Assembly (NCBI GenBank): GCA_040218735.1
Contig: JAVJQW010000011.1
Coordinates: 1 to 64,000, forward strand
Origin: Deltaproteobacteria bacterium
Lineage (GTDB): Bacteria; Myxococcota; Kuafuiibacteriia; Kuafuiibacteriales; Kuafuiibacteriaceae
Reading direction: 5' to 3'
DNA: 64,000 nt
The notes below the pieces were generated by a model. It searched no databases. It was not told the origin of the DNA and saw only the letters and a list, made by a program, of their open reading frames with translations. The position numbers and the translations under genes were made by a program. Below, piece by piece: positions 18,675 through 28,716 of the stretch (positions are counted from its first letter, which is position 1; the number at the start of each line of letters is the position of its first letter).

Positions 18675-21659
18675 GTGACCATGCGCACGCGTTGGGCCCG
18701 GGGCACGTACGCCCTCCTTTTGATCCTGGTCGTGAACGGCTGTAACTGTGACGAAGGGGGGCTCGTCGACGCGAGCTCCGTCCTCCTGATCGAACCGGCC
18801 GAAGTCGACTTCCTGAAGGTCCCCGTCGGGACGGAGCGCGTGCGCGGGCTGAAGCTGACGAACGACGGGCAGTCGATCATTCGCTTCGACTCGGTGACGC
18901 TCGCGTCCGACGGCACGGAGCTCGCGCTCGCGTCGACACCGCCCGAGCAGATCCTCCCCGCGCAGTCGATCGACCTTCTGCTGGTCTACCAGCCGAACGA
19001 CGTCGGCGAAGACCTCGGCACGCTCACGATCGTCTCCGACGAACGTGAAGAGCCCCACGTCGTTCCGGTGCGCGGTGAAGGTGTCGTCGCAGACGCCGCC
19101 GTCTCGCACGGCGCCCCCGCGTGCACGGACGCCGAAGGGTCGCTGTCGTTCGGCGGCGTCGTCCCCGGCCAAACCAAGGACGAGACGATCACGATCACCG
19201 CGCAGGGCACCGCGCCCGTCACGATCGTCTCCGTCGTCACCGAGCCCGGCACGTCACCGGAGTTCACGATCGAAGATGCGGTCGACGTCGTCCTCGATCC
19301 CGGCGGCACGCTCGACCTCGTCGCGACCTACGCGCCCGTCGACGGCGGCCCCGACTCCGGCGTCTTCGTCGTCACCACCGACATCCCCAGCACGATTCGC
19401 ATCCCCGTCTGCGGACAGGGCGTCGCCCCCGCCGTCTGCGCGAGCCCGGTGCCGCTCGACTTCGGCGCGATGGCGGTCGGCCAGACGCGCGTCGAGACGA
19501 TCACCCTCGAGAGCTGCGGCGGCGAGGACGTCACGATCTCGGGCGTCGAGATCGCCAACACGGCGATGTACATGAGCAACGCCGGTTACCGCCTCCCGAT
19601 GGCCGTCTCGACCCCCGTGACGCTCGCGCCCGGCGAGACCGTCGACGTCGAAGTCGAAGTCACCATCAGCCAGCTCGGCGTCGCCGAGGGGTGGCTCCAC
19701 GTGCAGTCCGACGCGCTCAACGCCACCGACAACTACTTCCCGCTCAGCGCCCGCGGCGCGCAGCCCTGTGACCTGCAGGTGCTCCCCGATCGCCTCACGT
19801 TCACGAACGTGATGGTCGGCAGCACGCTACCGAAGCAGGTCTTCCTCGCCAACCTCGGCGCGCGCGACTGCACCGTGAACCGCGCGGAGATCACCACGGG
19901 CGCGACGGTCTTCTCGGTGCGCAACGTGACGGTGCCGTTCACGATCGCTTCGGGCGGCAGCGTCCCGGTCGAGGTCGTGTACGCGCCGACCGCCGCCGGC
20001 ATGCCGGACATGGGCATCCTCGAGGTCGAGGAAGGCGGCGTCCCGCGACAGATCGAGCTGCTCGGCAACCCGGACACCTCCGACGGTTGTTTCGTCGACA
20101 TCGCGCCCACCGCGCTCAACTACGGCGCGGTCCCGCCCGGCCAGACGAAGACCCTCGGCGTCGTGGTCACGAACGTCGGCCAGGACCCGTGCCTGCTCCG
20201 GAGCGTCGAGCTCGCGCCCGGCACGTCGCCGGACTTCCTCGAGACCTCGCCGAGCTTCGGCCTGATCATCCCCGGCCGCGACAAGACGCTGACCGTCACG
20301 TATACGCCGACGTCGCCCGGCACCGCCTCGGGCTCGGTGAACATCGGCGTGTCCGAGGTCGGCGGCTCCGCGACGATCTACAACGTCCCCCTCGTCGCGG
20401 TGAGCGCCGCGGCCGGGCTCTGCGTCATGCCGCGGCAGATCGACTTCGGCCCCACGCAGACGCAGGCGACCCAGTCGTTCAACATCATCGCGTGCGGCTC
20501 GAACCCGGTCACGGTGACCGCCCTCGACTGGACGATGCCGGACCCCGAGTTCACGCTCACGCCGGGCGCTGCCCTCCCCTTCACGCTGATGCCCGGCAAC
20601 GCGCAGGCCGTCGACGTGACGTACACGCCGACCGACGCGATGGGTGACACCGGTGAGGTCACGGTGCGCTCGAACGACCCGGCGGCGCCGGCCATCCCGG
20701 TGACGATCACCGGCGGCCCCGAGCTCGTCCCGCCGAGCGCGGGCCGGTTCCTCTACTACTGGCAGATCCCGAGCCCCGTGCAGAGCGACGTCATGCGCCT
20801 CCCCCTGCAGGGCAACACGGCCCCGTCCCCCTGGTGGGGCTCGCGCACCGGCAAGGCATGCTCCGGCTGCCACTCGGTGTCGCCGGACGGCCGCTACGTC
20901 GCGGTGATCGAAGCGAGCGCGTTCCGCATGGTCGACACCACGACCGACATCGCGCTGTCGGTGCCGAACAGCTCGATCTCGCCGGCCTACGTGTCCTGGA
21001 AGCCGGACATCAACACCAACCCGCCGTACCAGTACGCGTACGACACCGGCGCGGGCGACATCGCGATCGCCGGGCTCTTCGTCGGCACCCTCCGCGAGCT
21101 GCAAGGCGCGAACGACTCCGCCTACGCCGAGCTCATGCCGTCGTGGGGCCCGAACGGTCAGATCGCCTACGCGCGCGGCACGCAGACCACCGGTGGCCAG
21201 GGGGGCACCTCGTTCGGGTTCCAGGGCCCGGCGGACATCATGATCATCGACGAAAACGGCGGCACGCCCGTCCCGCTCGCCGGCGCGAGCGGCGGCACCG
21301 GCGCGAACTACTACCCGCGCTACTCCCCGAACGGGCAGTGGATCGCGTACACGTACAGCGCGATGGCGAGCTCGACGATCGCCGCCGCCGACGCCGTCGT
21401 CCTGCTCGCGGCCGCCGCGAACAACAACACGATCCTCCCGCTGAACAACCTCAACAGCCCGGGCTCCGCGTCGAGCTACCCGACGTGGTCCGTCGACGGT
21501 CAGTTCCTGAGCTTCTCGAGCAACCGAGCCGGCGGCCAGGGTGACTGGGACATCTACCTCGCGCCGATCGATCCGATGACCGGCGCCGACAGCGCAGCGA
21601 CGAACCTCACCGCCGCCAACTCGCCGGCGTTCGAGCACTCGGCGCAGTGGAGCCCGTGA
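18675..21659 (+). CDS. Large lipoprotein: repeated choice-of-anchor-D/Ig-like domains plus C-terminal TolB-like (PD40) propeller with CxxCH
   Basis: Lipobox VNGC. About six DFG..V..Y.P..G Ig-like repeats. PSWGPNG, PRYSPNG and PTWSVDG repeats. CSGCH. Confidence 0.85.
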   Translation: MTMRTRWARGTYALLLILVVNGCNCDEGGLVDASSVLLIEPAEVDFLKVPVGTERVRGLKLTNDGQSIIRFDSVTLASDGTELALASTPPEQILPAQSIDLLLVYQPNDVGEDLGTLTIVSDEREEPHVVPVRGEGVVADAAVSHGAPACTDAEGSLSFGGVVPGQTKDETITITAQGTAPVTIVSVVTEPGTSPEFTIEDAVDVVLDPGGTLDLVATYAPVDGGPDSGVFVVTTDIPSTIRIPVCGQGVAPAVCASPVPLDFGAMAVGQTRVETITLESCGGEDVTISGVEIANTAMYMSNAGYRLPMAVSTPVTLAPGETVDVEVEVTISQLGVAEGWLHVQSDALNATDNYFPLSARGAQPCDLQVLPDRLTFTNVMVGSTLPKQVFLANLGARDCTVNRAEITTGATVFSVRNVTVPFTIASGGSVPVEVVYAPTAAGMPDMGILEVEEGGVPRQIELLGNPDTSDGCFVDIAPTALNYGAVPPGQTKTLGVVVTNVGQDPCLLRSVELAPGTSPDFLETSPSFGLIIPGRDKTLTVTYTPTSPGTASGSVNIGVSEVGGSATIYNVPLVAVSAAAGLCVMPRQIDFGPTQTQATQSFNIIACGSNPVTVTALDWTMPDPEFTLTPGAALPFTLMPGNAQAVDVTYTPTDAMGDTGEVTVRSNDPAAPAIPVTITGGPELVPPSAGRFLYYWQIPSPVQSDVMRLPLQGNTAPSPWWGSRTGKACSGCHSVSPDGRYVAVIEASAFRMVDTTTDIALSVPNSSISPAYVSWKPDINTNPPYQYAYDTGAGDIAIAGLFVGTLRELQGANDSAYAELMPSWGPNGQIAYARGTQTTGGQGGTSFGFQGPADIMIIDENGGTPVPLAGASGGTGANYYPRYSPNGQWIAYTYSAMASSTIAAADAVVLLAAAANNNTILPLNNLNSPGSASSYPTWSVDGQFLSFSSNRAGGQGDWDIYLAPIDPMTGADSAATNLTAANSPAFEHSAQWSP

Positions 21660-21662
21660 GCC

Positions 21663-22454
21663 TCAAGCGCTGAGGCGCAGCTTCCCGCCCCGCCACTCGC
21701 GATACCAACGCGGCACACGCTCGGCCGCGAGCTTCGGCGAGACCTGCGGCCCCCGAGCGAAGTCACACCGCTTCTTCTGAAGGAAAGCGAGCTGCTCGCG
21801 CGTCGCGACGTTCGGCGCGACGACGGCGACACCGAGCGCGTGCGCCATCGCGATCACCGCACCCACCACCGCACGCGCTCCGGGGTCGCGCGTCACACGC
21901 TCGACCAGGCACGGATCCAGCTCGAGCGTGTGGACGCCGCTGGCCTCCAGCGCGGCGATGCGCGTCGGCGCGGTCCCGAACGGTCCGACCGCGACCCGAC
22001 ACCCGAGCCGAGCGAACCCCGCGACGTCGCGCCGGACCACACCTCCGGCCGTGAGCCCCTGCTCCTCCACCGTGATCTGAAGGAGCGACGCCGGAACACC
22101 GGTTACGCCGAGCGCCTCCGCGATGCGGTCGAGGGTCTCGCCCGTCGTGAGCTCCGAGAAGGAGACGTGGACGTTGAGGCGGACGTGCGGAAAGTCGCTC
22201 GCCAACCACTCGCCGAGGTCTTCACAGGCGCGACCGACCAGCCACGCGCCGCGGGTCGCGACGCCGTCGTCGGCCGCGATGAGGTCGGTGCTCGCCACCG
22301 ACCCCTGCGAAGACTCGAGCGACACGGCGAAGCCGACGAGCTTCCCGGTCGCGAGGTCGACCTCCGGGGCGTAGGACACCTGCGGATCGGTGACGATCGC
22401 ACCGAGATCAACGACATTTCGAACCGTGACGGCTTCTGCGTCGGTACGCGACAT
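21663..22454 (-). CDS. Degenerate stand-alone EAL-domain protein
   Basis: EAL-fold framework (Y.P.VDLATG..VG, LNVHVS, LQITVEE, LELD, MAHALG..VVA) without the EAL or DDFG motifs. Confidence 0.8.
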   Translation of the reverse strand: MSRTDAEAVTVRNVVDLGAIVTDPQVSYAPEVDLATGKLVGFAVSLESSQGSVASTDLIAADDGVATRGAWLVGRACEDLGEWLASDFPHVRLNVHVSFSELTTGETLDRIAEALGVTGVPASLLQITVEEQGLTAGGVVRRDVAGFARLGCRVAVGPFGTAPTRIAALEASGVHTLELDPCLVERVTRDPGARAVVGAVIAMAHALGVAVVAPNVATREQLAFLQKKRCDFARGPQVSPKLAAERVPRWYREWRGGKLRLSA

Positions 22455-22599
22455 GGAGGCCTCCGGGCTCTCGCATCGGCCCCGGGGCGTGCAAATCAAG
22501 CCCCGAATACCCAAACAGCCCCGCGCGCCTCGCGATCGAACGCCGAGCCTCGCCGGCGACTTGATTTGTGGCCGCGACCCGGGTTCAGTCCCGCCCACG

Positions 22600-22878
22600 A
22601 TGATCATCAGCACGAAGTTCGCCCAGGGCCAGCAGGTCCGCTTCGTCCGGCGATGTGTCCTCGCCTCCAACGTTCCGCGCAACTCGCAGGGCTACAAGTA
22701 CGCCGCCCTCCGCGCCAAGGACGGCGACACCTACGATGGCGAAGGCGTCATCGAGCCCGGCACCCGCGCGGTCGTCGTCGACTACGCGAGCCACGGCACC
22801 GGTAGCCACGACAACCCCATCGTGCGCGTCAACGGGCACCTCGCCCGCACCCACCAGACCAACCTCGAGATGGCCTGA
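22600..22878 (+). CDS. Small beta-rich hypothetical protein (SH3-like?)
   Basis: Good codon bias; FAQGQQVRF...GTRAVVVD. Confidence 0.55.
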   Translation: MIISTKFAQGQQVRFVRRCVLASNVPRNSQGYKYAALRAKDGDTYDGEGVIEPGTRAVVVDYASHGTGSHDNPIVRVNGHLARTHQTNLEMA

Positions 22879-22915
22879 TGGCCCGCGGCGCCGAGGCGCC
22901 GTACAGTGCCGCTCG

Positions 22916-24010
22916 ATGAAGCGGATCGCGATCCTCACCAGCGGCGGCGACGCCCCGGGGATGAACGCCGCCGTGCGCGCGGCGACCCTCCTCGGCATCG
23001 GCAACGGCCTAGAGGTCTTCGGCGTCCAGCACGGCTACCAAGGCCTGCTCGACGACACCCTCGTCGCGCTCGAGCCCCAACAGGTGCAGAGTGTCATCCG
23101 CGACGGCGGGACGATGCTCGGCTCCGCGCGCTGCCTCGACTTCCACAAGAAGGAGCGACGCGACGAAGCCCGCGCGGTGCTGAAGAACCGCGGCATCGAG
23201 GGGCTGATCGTCATCGGCGGCAACGGTTCACTCACCGGCCTCCTCGCGCTCACGGATCCGGCGGAGTGCGACATTCCACTCAAAGGAATCGGCATCCCGG
23301 CGTCGATCGACAACGACCTCGCGATCACGCGCCTCGCGATCGGCGTCGACACCGCCATCAACACGATCGTCGACGCCTGCGACAAGATCTCCGACACCGC
23401 CTCCGCCCACGACCGCACGTTCATCGTCGAAGTCATGGGTCGACAGTGCGGCTACCTCGCGATGACCTCCGCGATCGCGAGCGCCGCGAACGCCGTCCTC
23501 TTCCCCGAGATGGGCAAGTCCGAGGAGGAGGTCGTCGAGACCGTGGTGCGCGCCGTCGTGCGCGCGCAGCAACGCACCGAGCGCTCCAAACGTGTCCTGG
23601 TGATCAAGGCCGAAGGGGTCGGTATCCCGATCGAACGCCTGAAACAGCGCGTCGACGAACGCGTCCGCGAAGAGACCGGCCGCGACACCATCGAGACCCG
23701 CGTCACGGTGCTCGGCCACGTCGTGCGCGGCGGTCGCCCGTCGGCGCTCGATCGCATGATCGCGAGCCGCCTCGCGAACACCGCCGTCGAAGGCCTCCTG
23801 GCCGGGCACACGCGCATGATGACGGCGTGGACCCCGCCCGCGGCCGTCCCGCCCGATCACGTGCAGCGGACGCGCAATGACCCGCAGGTCTGCCTCGTCG
23901 ACCTCGCCTACACGCTGCAGGAGACACGCGCGATGCTCGACGGCACCAGCAACTTCGTGAAGTGGCGCAAGAAGGTCTTCGCGGAGATCGAGGAGGTCCT
24001 CTCACTCTGA
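22916..24010 (+). CDS. pfkA: 6-phosphofructokinase
   Basis: LTSGGDAPGMNA, GGNGS, SIDND, EVMGR and LGHVVRGG motifs. Confidence 0.95.
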   Translation: MKRIAILTSGGDAPGMNAAVRAATLLGIGNGLEVFGVQHGYQGLLDDTLVALEPQQVQSVIRDGGTMLGSARCLDFHKKERRDEARAVLKNRGIEGLIVIGGNGSLTGLLALTDPAECDIPLKGIGIPASIDNDLAITRLAIGVDTAINTIVDACDKISDTASAHDRTFIVEVMGRQCGYLAMTSAIASAANAVLFPEMGKSEEEVVETVVRAVVRAQQRTERSKRVLVIKAEGVGIPIERLKQRVDERVREETGRDTIETRVTVLGHVVRGGRPSALDRMIASRLANTAVEGLLAGHTRMMTAWTPPAAVPPDHVQRTRNDPQVCLVDLAYTLQETRAMLDGTSNFVKWRKKVFAEIEEVLSL

Positions 24011-26062
24011 CGGCGGCAGGCGCGACGCGAGATCGTCGTCCTTCACCTCCGCCAGATACCGCTCCAGGTGCGCGGCCGCCGCCGGGTCGTTCGTCAGCGA
24101 CAGAATCGCCGCGAGGGTGCGGTGACACTCGGCGAGGTCGGCGATCTCGATGCAGATCCCCAGCGCCCGCTCCGCCTCGTCTACACGGTTCTCTTCGAGC
24201 GCCCGTCGCGCACGCGCATAGTAGTTCCGCGCGCGCCGAACGACCTGCGGCTCGACCGGCACCTGACCGTAGAACCGATAGCGCGCCGGCCCGCGCGTGG
24301 TGAGCGGCATGACGTCGGGGAGCGTCGAGGCGCGCTCGACGCGCTCGTAGAGCAGTCGCCCGCCCCACACCGCCGCGACCGCGACGACGAGCCCGACGAA
24401 GAACGCGCCCCACCTGAACCGCGGACGCGCGGTCGCGCCCAACACCGGCACCGGCGCCGTGACCAGCACCGCCGACTCCGGCGGCGGCATCACCGGCTCG
24501 TCCGCTCCGATCGTTTCGAGGTGATCGTCATCGGCCGGGGCGCGCGGCGGCGCGGTGTCGTCGCGCGGCGCCGGCGTCGCGTCCGGGACGGTGTCCGAGC
24601 GCGCCGGCAGGTCGGGCTGCGTATCCGGTCGAGCAGGTGGGGCCGCTGGGGCCGGTCCGGTTGATCGCGCCGGTCGGGGCGGCCGCTGCGAGAGCGTGTC
24701 CTCCGCGCTCGCGTGCTCGGGCATCGGCGTGGGTGTGGTGGGCGGCCCCGCGAGCGGCGTCGGCCCCGTGCCGGGCACGATCGTCTCGAGCTTGTCGTCG
24801 AAGAGCGCCTCACGCCGCGACGGGAGCCGAGCGTTCGGTATCGTGTCCGACGCGTTGAGCACCTGTAGCCCAGAGAGGTCGCGGTCGGGCCCGACCGTCT
24901 CCGCGGCGTCGTCCGGGGTCAGGCGCTGGCGCACCGTCGCCGGCTCGGCCCCTTCGCTGCCGACGGGGAGCGCGGCGTGACTCGACAACTCCACGGAGCC
25001 CCGCTCGGCCAAGTGCCGTTCGGCCTGCGTCCGTAGGCTGGGCAGGATGCGATGCGACGCGGTGGTCTCGGCGAGCGGTTGGTAGTCCTCGACCTCGAGC
25101 TCCAACCCACCGCCCGACGACACCACGATGCTGCGCGTCCGCGAGACGCTCGGCGCCGGTGCGGTGGGCGCCGAGACCGGCGGCATGGGCATCGTGCGAT
25201 CTTCGACGAGCTCCTCGGCCGGCTCAGAGTGCAGCGCGAGCTCGACGAGCTGCGCGAGCGCCTCGTCCATCGTCGGGTAGCGCTCGGCCGCGCGCGACGC
25301 GGTCAGGCGCTGCACGATCGGGAACAGCGCATCGAACCCTTCGTCGTCCGTCGGGTAGCGAGACCAGTCCACGGTCGGCTCCGACAGCTGCGCCTTCAGC
25401 GGCTTGCTGCGATCGATGTCGATGGGCCGATTCGTTCCGGCGAGCGTGAGCAGGAGACGCCCGAAGCTGAACTGGTCCGACAGCGGTGACGGGCTGAGCC
25501 CGAGCAACAGCTCCGGCGCCACGTACCCCGGAACGCCGAGGACTTGTTGGCCGCCCTGCAGCCGCGTCAACGCGGACAGCGCCACGCCGCCGATCACCGC
25601 TCGACCGCGCTGATCGATCACCACGTTGGCCGGCTCGAGGTCGCGCACCGTGACGTTCACATCGTGCAGGCGCGCCAGTGTGTCACCGACCTCCAGGGCG
25701 ATCGCGAGGAGCGTCCCGAAGTCGGTCGCGATCACGTCGTCGAGCAACCGGTCCAGCGTGCATCCGTCGACGCGCTGGAGCACGAGGTAGTAACAGTCGT
25801 CCGTGACGCCGGCGTCGAGGATCGGGACCAGCCCCGGGTGATCGAGCGCGCGGAGCTCGGCGACCTCCGCCAGGAAACGCTCGGCGCGCAGGGGATCGGG
25901 ATCGACGCCCTTGGGCTTGGGGACGACCTTGACGATCCCGTCGCCACCGCGCAGGTCGCGCGCCACGAACATCGCCGTCCGGCCGGCGGCGTCGACAGCC
26001 GTCTCGACCATGAAGCGCCCTACGCGCCCCGGCCATGAGTCGCGCTGCGTCACCCTGGGCAC
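24002..26062 (-). CDS. Membrane-anchored Ser/Thr pseudokinase with C-terminal Cys-TPR-like domain
   Basis: Kinase fold with VRDLEPAN (HRD variant), no DFG (GGV) and no Gly loop. APE retained. Pro-rich linker and TM helix. Confidence 0.8.
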   Translation of the reverse strand: MPRVTQRDSWPGRVGRFMVETAVDAAGRTAMFVARDLRGGDGIVKVVPKPKGVDPDPLRAERFLAEVAELRALDHPGLVPILDAGVTDDCYYLVLQRVDGCTLDRLLDDVIATDFGTLLAIALEVGDTLARLHDVNVTVRDLEPANVVIDQRGRAVIGGVALSALTRLQGGQQVLGVPGYVAPELLLGLSPSPLSDQFSFGRLLLTLAGTNRPIDIDRSKPLKAQLSEPTVDWSRYPTDDEGFDALFPIVQRLTASRAAERYPTMDEALAQLVELALHSEPAEELVEDRTMPMPPVSAPTAPAPSVSRTRSIVVSSGGGLELEVEDYQPLAETTASHRILPSLRTQAERHLAERGSVELSSHAALPVGSEGAEPATVRQRLTPDDAAETVGPDRDLSGLQVLNASDTIPNARLPSRREALFDDKLETIVPGTGPTPLAGPPTTPTPMPEHASAEDTLSQRPPRPARSTGPAPAAPPARPDTQPDLPARSDTVPDATPAPRDDTAPPRAPADDDHLETIGADEPVMPPPESAVLVTAPVPVLGATARPRFRWGAFFVGLVVAVAAVWGGRLLYERVERASTLPDVMPLTTRGPARYRFYGQVPVEPQVVRRARNYYARARRALEENRVDEAERALGICIEIADLAECHRTLAAILSLTNDPAAAAHLERYLAEVKDDDLASRLPPSE

Positions 26063-26128
26063 TCTGCCACGTTCTGCGCGCCGGGGTTACCGCCGGAACA
26101 CGCAGCCCGTTATGCTCGCGGCGTTGTC

Positions 26129-27610
26129 GTGACGATGGACTGGGGTACCTCCGACCTCGGCGCGACGAACGCGCCGCTGCCCGACCGCATCGGGCCGTAC
26201 CGCATCGTACGCAAGATCGGACGGGGCGGGATGGGCGTCGTCCTCGAGGCGGAGGACGACGAGGGCCAGCGCGTCGCCCTCAAGTTGATTCGCCCCCTCG
26301 GCACCGAAGACGACAAGGAGCAGCTCGTCGCGCGACTGCTTCGCGAAGCCGCGGCCATCCAGCGCGTCGATCACCCGGGCGTCGTGCGCCTGCAGCGCTA
26401 CGGCAACGTCGACGGCGCCGTCTACCTCGCGATGGACTACGTCACCGGCGTGACGCTCAAGGCGATCCAGCGCCGAACGTCGCTCGACCCCGCCACCCTG
26501 CTCTCCCTCGCGATGCAGCTGCTCAACACACTCCAGCACCTGCACACCGCGGGCATCGTTCACCGCGACGTCAAACCGGACAACGTCCTGATCGACACCA
26601 CGGGGCGTGCGGTCCTCGCCGACTTCGGCATCGCGTGGGTCGCCGACTCCGCGGGCATCACGCGCCCCGGGGAGATCGTCGGGAGCGTCGGATACCTCGC
26701 GCCCGAGTGTTTCGAAGGTGAGCCCCCTTCGGCGCGCTCGGACCTCTTCGCGCTCGGCCGCACCTTGTTCGAGATGGCGGCCGTCCTCCCGCGCGCGCGC
26801 CTCCCGGCGGAGCTCCCGGTGCTCATGCAGTTCGAGCGCCGTCTGCGCGTGGACTGGCGCCGCTTCCCGACGCAGTCCCCCTGGCCGAGCGTCCGCGTCC
26901 TGATCGAGCGGCTCGTCGCGATCGATCCCGAGCTGCGTTACGCCTCCGCAGAGTCCGCGTTCGCGGCGGCGGCGCAGCTGCACGCCGAGCTGCTCGGCCC
27001 ACCCCCCGAGAACGCACACCCGACGCGACCGGACGTCTTCCACGAGCTCACGTGTTACGAGCCCGACGCGACGCTCTCGGCCTTCGTCGAGCAGCTCGAC
27101 CTCCCCGCGCGTTCGTTCTGGGCGCAGGCGCGCGACGACGAGTCACGCTTCGAGGCCGTCACGGTGCCTCCCGAAGGACCGCGCGGGGGCGCCGGGTTGA
27201 AGGCGCCGAACACCGCGCAGACGCCGCCGAGCAACACACACACGCCGCCGACCCCGCCCGTCGTACAGCGCGAGCCGCCGTCGCAGGAGACCGTCGCATC
27301 GGGCGCCCCCGACGCCGCACCGACGCTCCCCCACGAGCCACCGCGTCGCTCCGGCGCACGCGCAGCAGCCCTGGGCGCCGTGATCGGCCTCGCCCTCGGC
27401 GCCGCCTCGATGTTCGCGTACGCCCGCCGCCCCATGCCCCCGGTGGTCCTGGATCCCAGTCGAGCGGCCGAAGCCCGCACCCGCGCCGACCAGGCGCTCG
27501 GCGCCGGCGACCTCGCCCGCGCCGAAGCCGAGCTGTCCGCCTGCGTAGAAGCCGGCGGCGCGGCGTGTGAGCGCCCGCTCGAGATCGTCCGCGCCCTGCG
27601 GGGACGCTGA
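26129..27610 (+). CDS. Membrane-anchored Hanks-type Ser/Thr kinase
   Basis: GRGGMG, VALK, HRDVKPDN, DFG and APE motifs. TM helix plus short helical C-terminal domain. Confidence 0.92.
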   Translation: MTMDWGTSDLGATNAPLPDRIGPYRIVRKIGRGGMGVVLEAEDDEGQRVALKLIRPLGTEDDKEQLVARLLREAAAIQRVDHPGVVRLQRYGNVDGAVYLAMDYVTGVTLKAIQRRTSLDPATLLSLAMQLLNTLQHLHTAGIVHRDVKPDNVLIDTTGRAVLADFGIAWVADSAGITRPGEIVGSVGYLAPECFEGEPPSARSDLFALGRTLFEMAAVLPRARLPAELPVLMQFERRLRVDWRRFPTQSPWPSVRVLIERLVAIDPELRYASAESAFAAAAQLHAELLGPPPENAHPTRPDVFHELTCYEPDATLSAFVEQLDLPARSFWAQARDDESRFEAVTVPPEGPRGGAGLKAPNTAQTPPSNTHTPPTPPVVQREPPSQETVASGAPDAAPTLPHEPPRRSGARAAALGAVIGLALGAASMFAYARRPMPPVVLDPSRAAEARTRADQALGAGDLARAEAELSACVEAGGAACERPLEIVRALRGR

Positions 27611-27614
27611 CCCG

Positions 27615-28043
27615 TCAGTCCGACATCTTCGGCGGCTTCCGCATCGCCTTCTTCTCGGCGTTCTTCTTCTTATCCGCCAAGCGTCGCCGCTTCGCGCCCT
27701 TGCCGGGGCGGGTCTTCGTCCGTTTCTTCTGCTCGACGAGGGCGGCGTCCATGATCGCCTTCAGGCGCCGCCGCGCCTCCGACTGGTTCTTGGGGCGCTC
27801 GCGGTGGCGGTCCGCGGAGACCAGCAGCTCGCCGTCGTTCGTGAGCCGCGACGCGAGGCGCGCGAGGAGCTTCTCGCGGATGTGCTCGGGGAGGGACGGT
27901 GAATTTGCCACGTCGAAGCGCAGCGTCACGCGGGTCTCGGTCTTGTTGACGTGTTGTCCGCCCGGCCCCCCGGAGCGGGAGAACGTCATCTCGAGCTCGG
28001 ACTCGGGGATCTCGACGCCGCGGCCGATGACGATCGGCTCCAC
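27615..28043 (-). CDS. arfB: Alternative ribosome rescue peptidyl-tRNA hydrolase ArfB
   Basis: RSGGPGGQHVNK and a basic C-terminal tail. Confidence 0.95.
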   Translation of the reverse strand: MEPIVIGRGVEIPESELEMTFSRSGGPGGQHVNKTETRVTLRFDVANSPSLPEHIREKLLARLASRLTNDGELLVSADRHRERPKNQSEARRRLKAIMDAALVEQKKRTKTRPGKGAKRRRLADKKKNAEKKAMRKPPKMSD

Positions 28044-28052
28044 GACGCGAAC

Positions 28053-28697
28053 CTAGTGCGCGTGTTCGTAGCCGCCGGCCGCGCCACCCGCGCCACCGTC
28101 GCCGTCCTTGCGGTCCACGCGGCCCTTGCCGGCCGCCGTCGCAGGCGGCAACGCCGGGTCGCGCTTGCCGCCGGACTTCGCTTCGTCGCGGCCGAGGACC
28201 GCAAGCAGATCCGACTTCCCGAAGTCCGCGTCGTCGCGCGAGTACACGGGCTTGGGGTGAAAGCCGCTGTCCATGCGAATCGCGTCGCACGGGCACGCCT
28301 CCACGCAGAGGCCGCACACCACGCAGCGAAGCTCGTCGATCTCGAACACCACCGGGAACTTCTCGATCGACTCGTCCTCGGTCTCACCCGCGACGATGTG
28401 GATGCACCGCGCCGGGCACGCCGTCTGGCACATGAAACACGCCACACACCGCGGCGCGCCGTCGTCGCGCGGCACCAGACGATGCATCCCGCGGAAGCGG
28501 TGCGGATACTCCACCTTCACGTCCGGGTACTGGATCGTCTGCGTGTACTTCTCCTTGCCGCCGAAGACGTTCTTGAAGAAGTGGCGCACCGTCGCGCCGA
28601 GGCCCTCGACGATGCCGGGGACGAACAGCCGCTCCTCCGGAGGAATCTCGCGGGAGACCGAATGGATACCGACTTTGCCCTGCTTCACTTCACCCAT
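28053..28697 (-). CDS. nuoI: NADH-quinone oxidoreductase subunit I
   Basis: RFRG.H and two CxxCxxCxxxCP motifs. Confidence 0.95.
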   Translation of the reverse strand: MGEVKQGKVGIHSVSREIPPEERLFVPGIVEGLGATVRHFFKNVFGGKEKYTQTIQYPDVKVEYPHRFRGMHRLVPRDDGAPRCVACFMCQTACPARCIHIVAGETEDESIEKFPVVFEIDELRCVVCGLCVEACPCDAIRMDSGFHPKPVYSRDDADFGKSDLLAVLGRDEAKSGGKRDPALPPATAAGKGRVDRKDGDGGAGGAAGGYEHAH

Positions 28698-28716
28698 GGC
28701 GTCCTCACTCGGTCCG

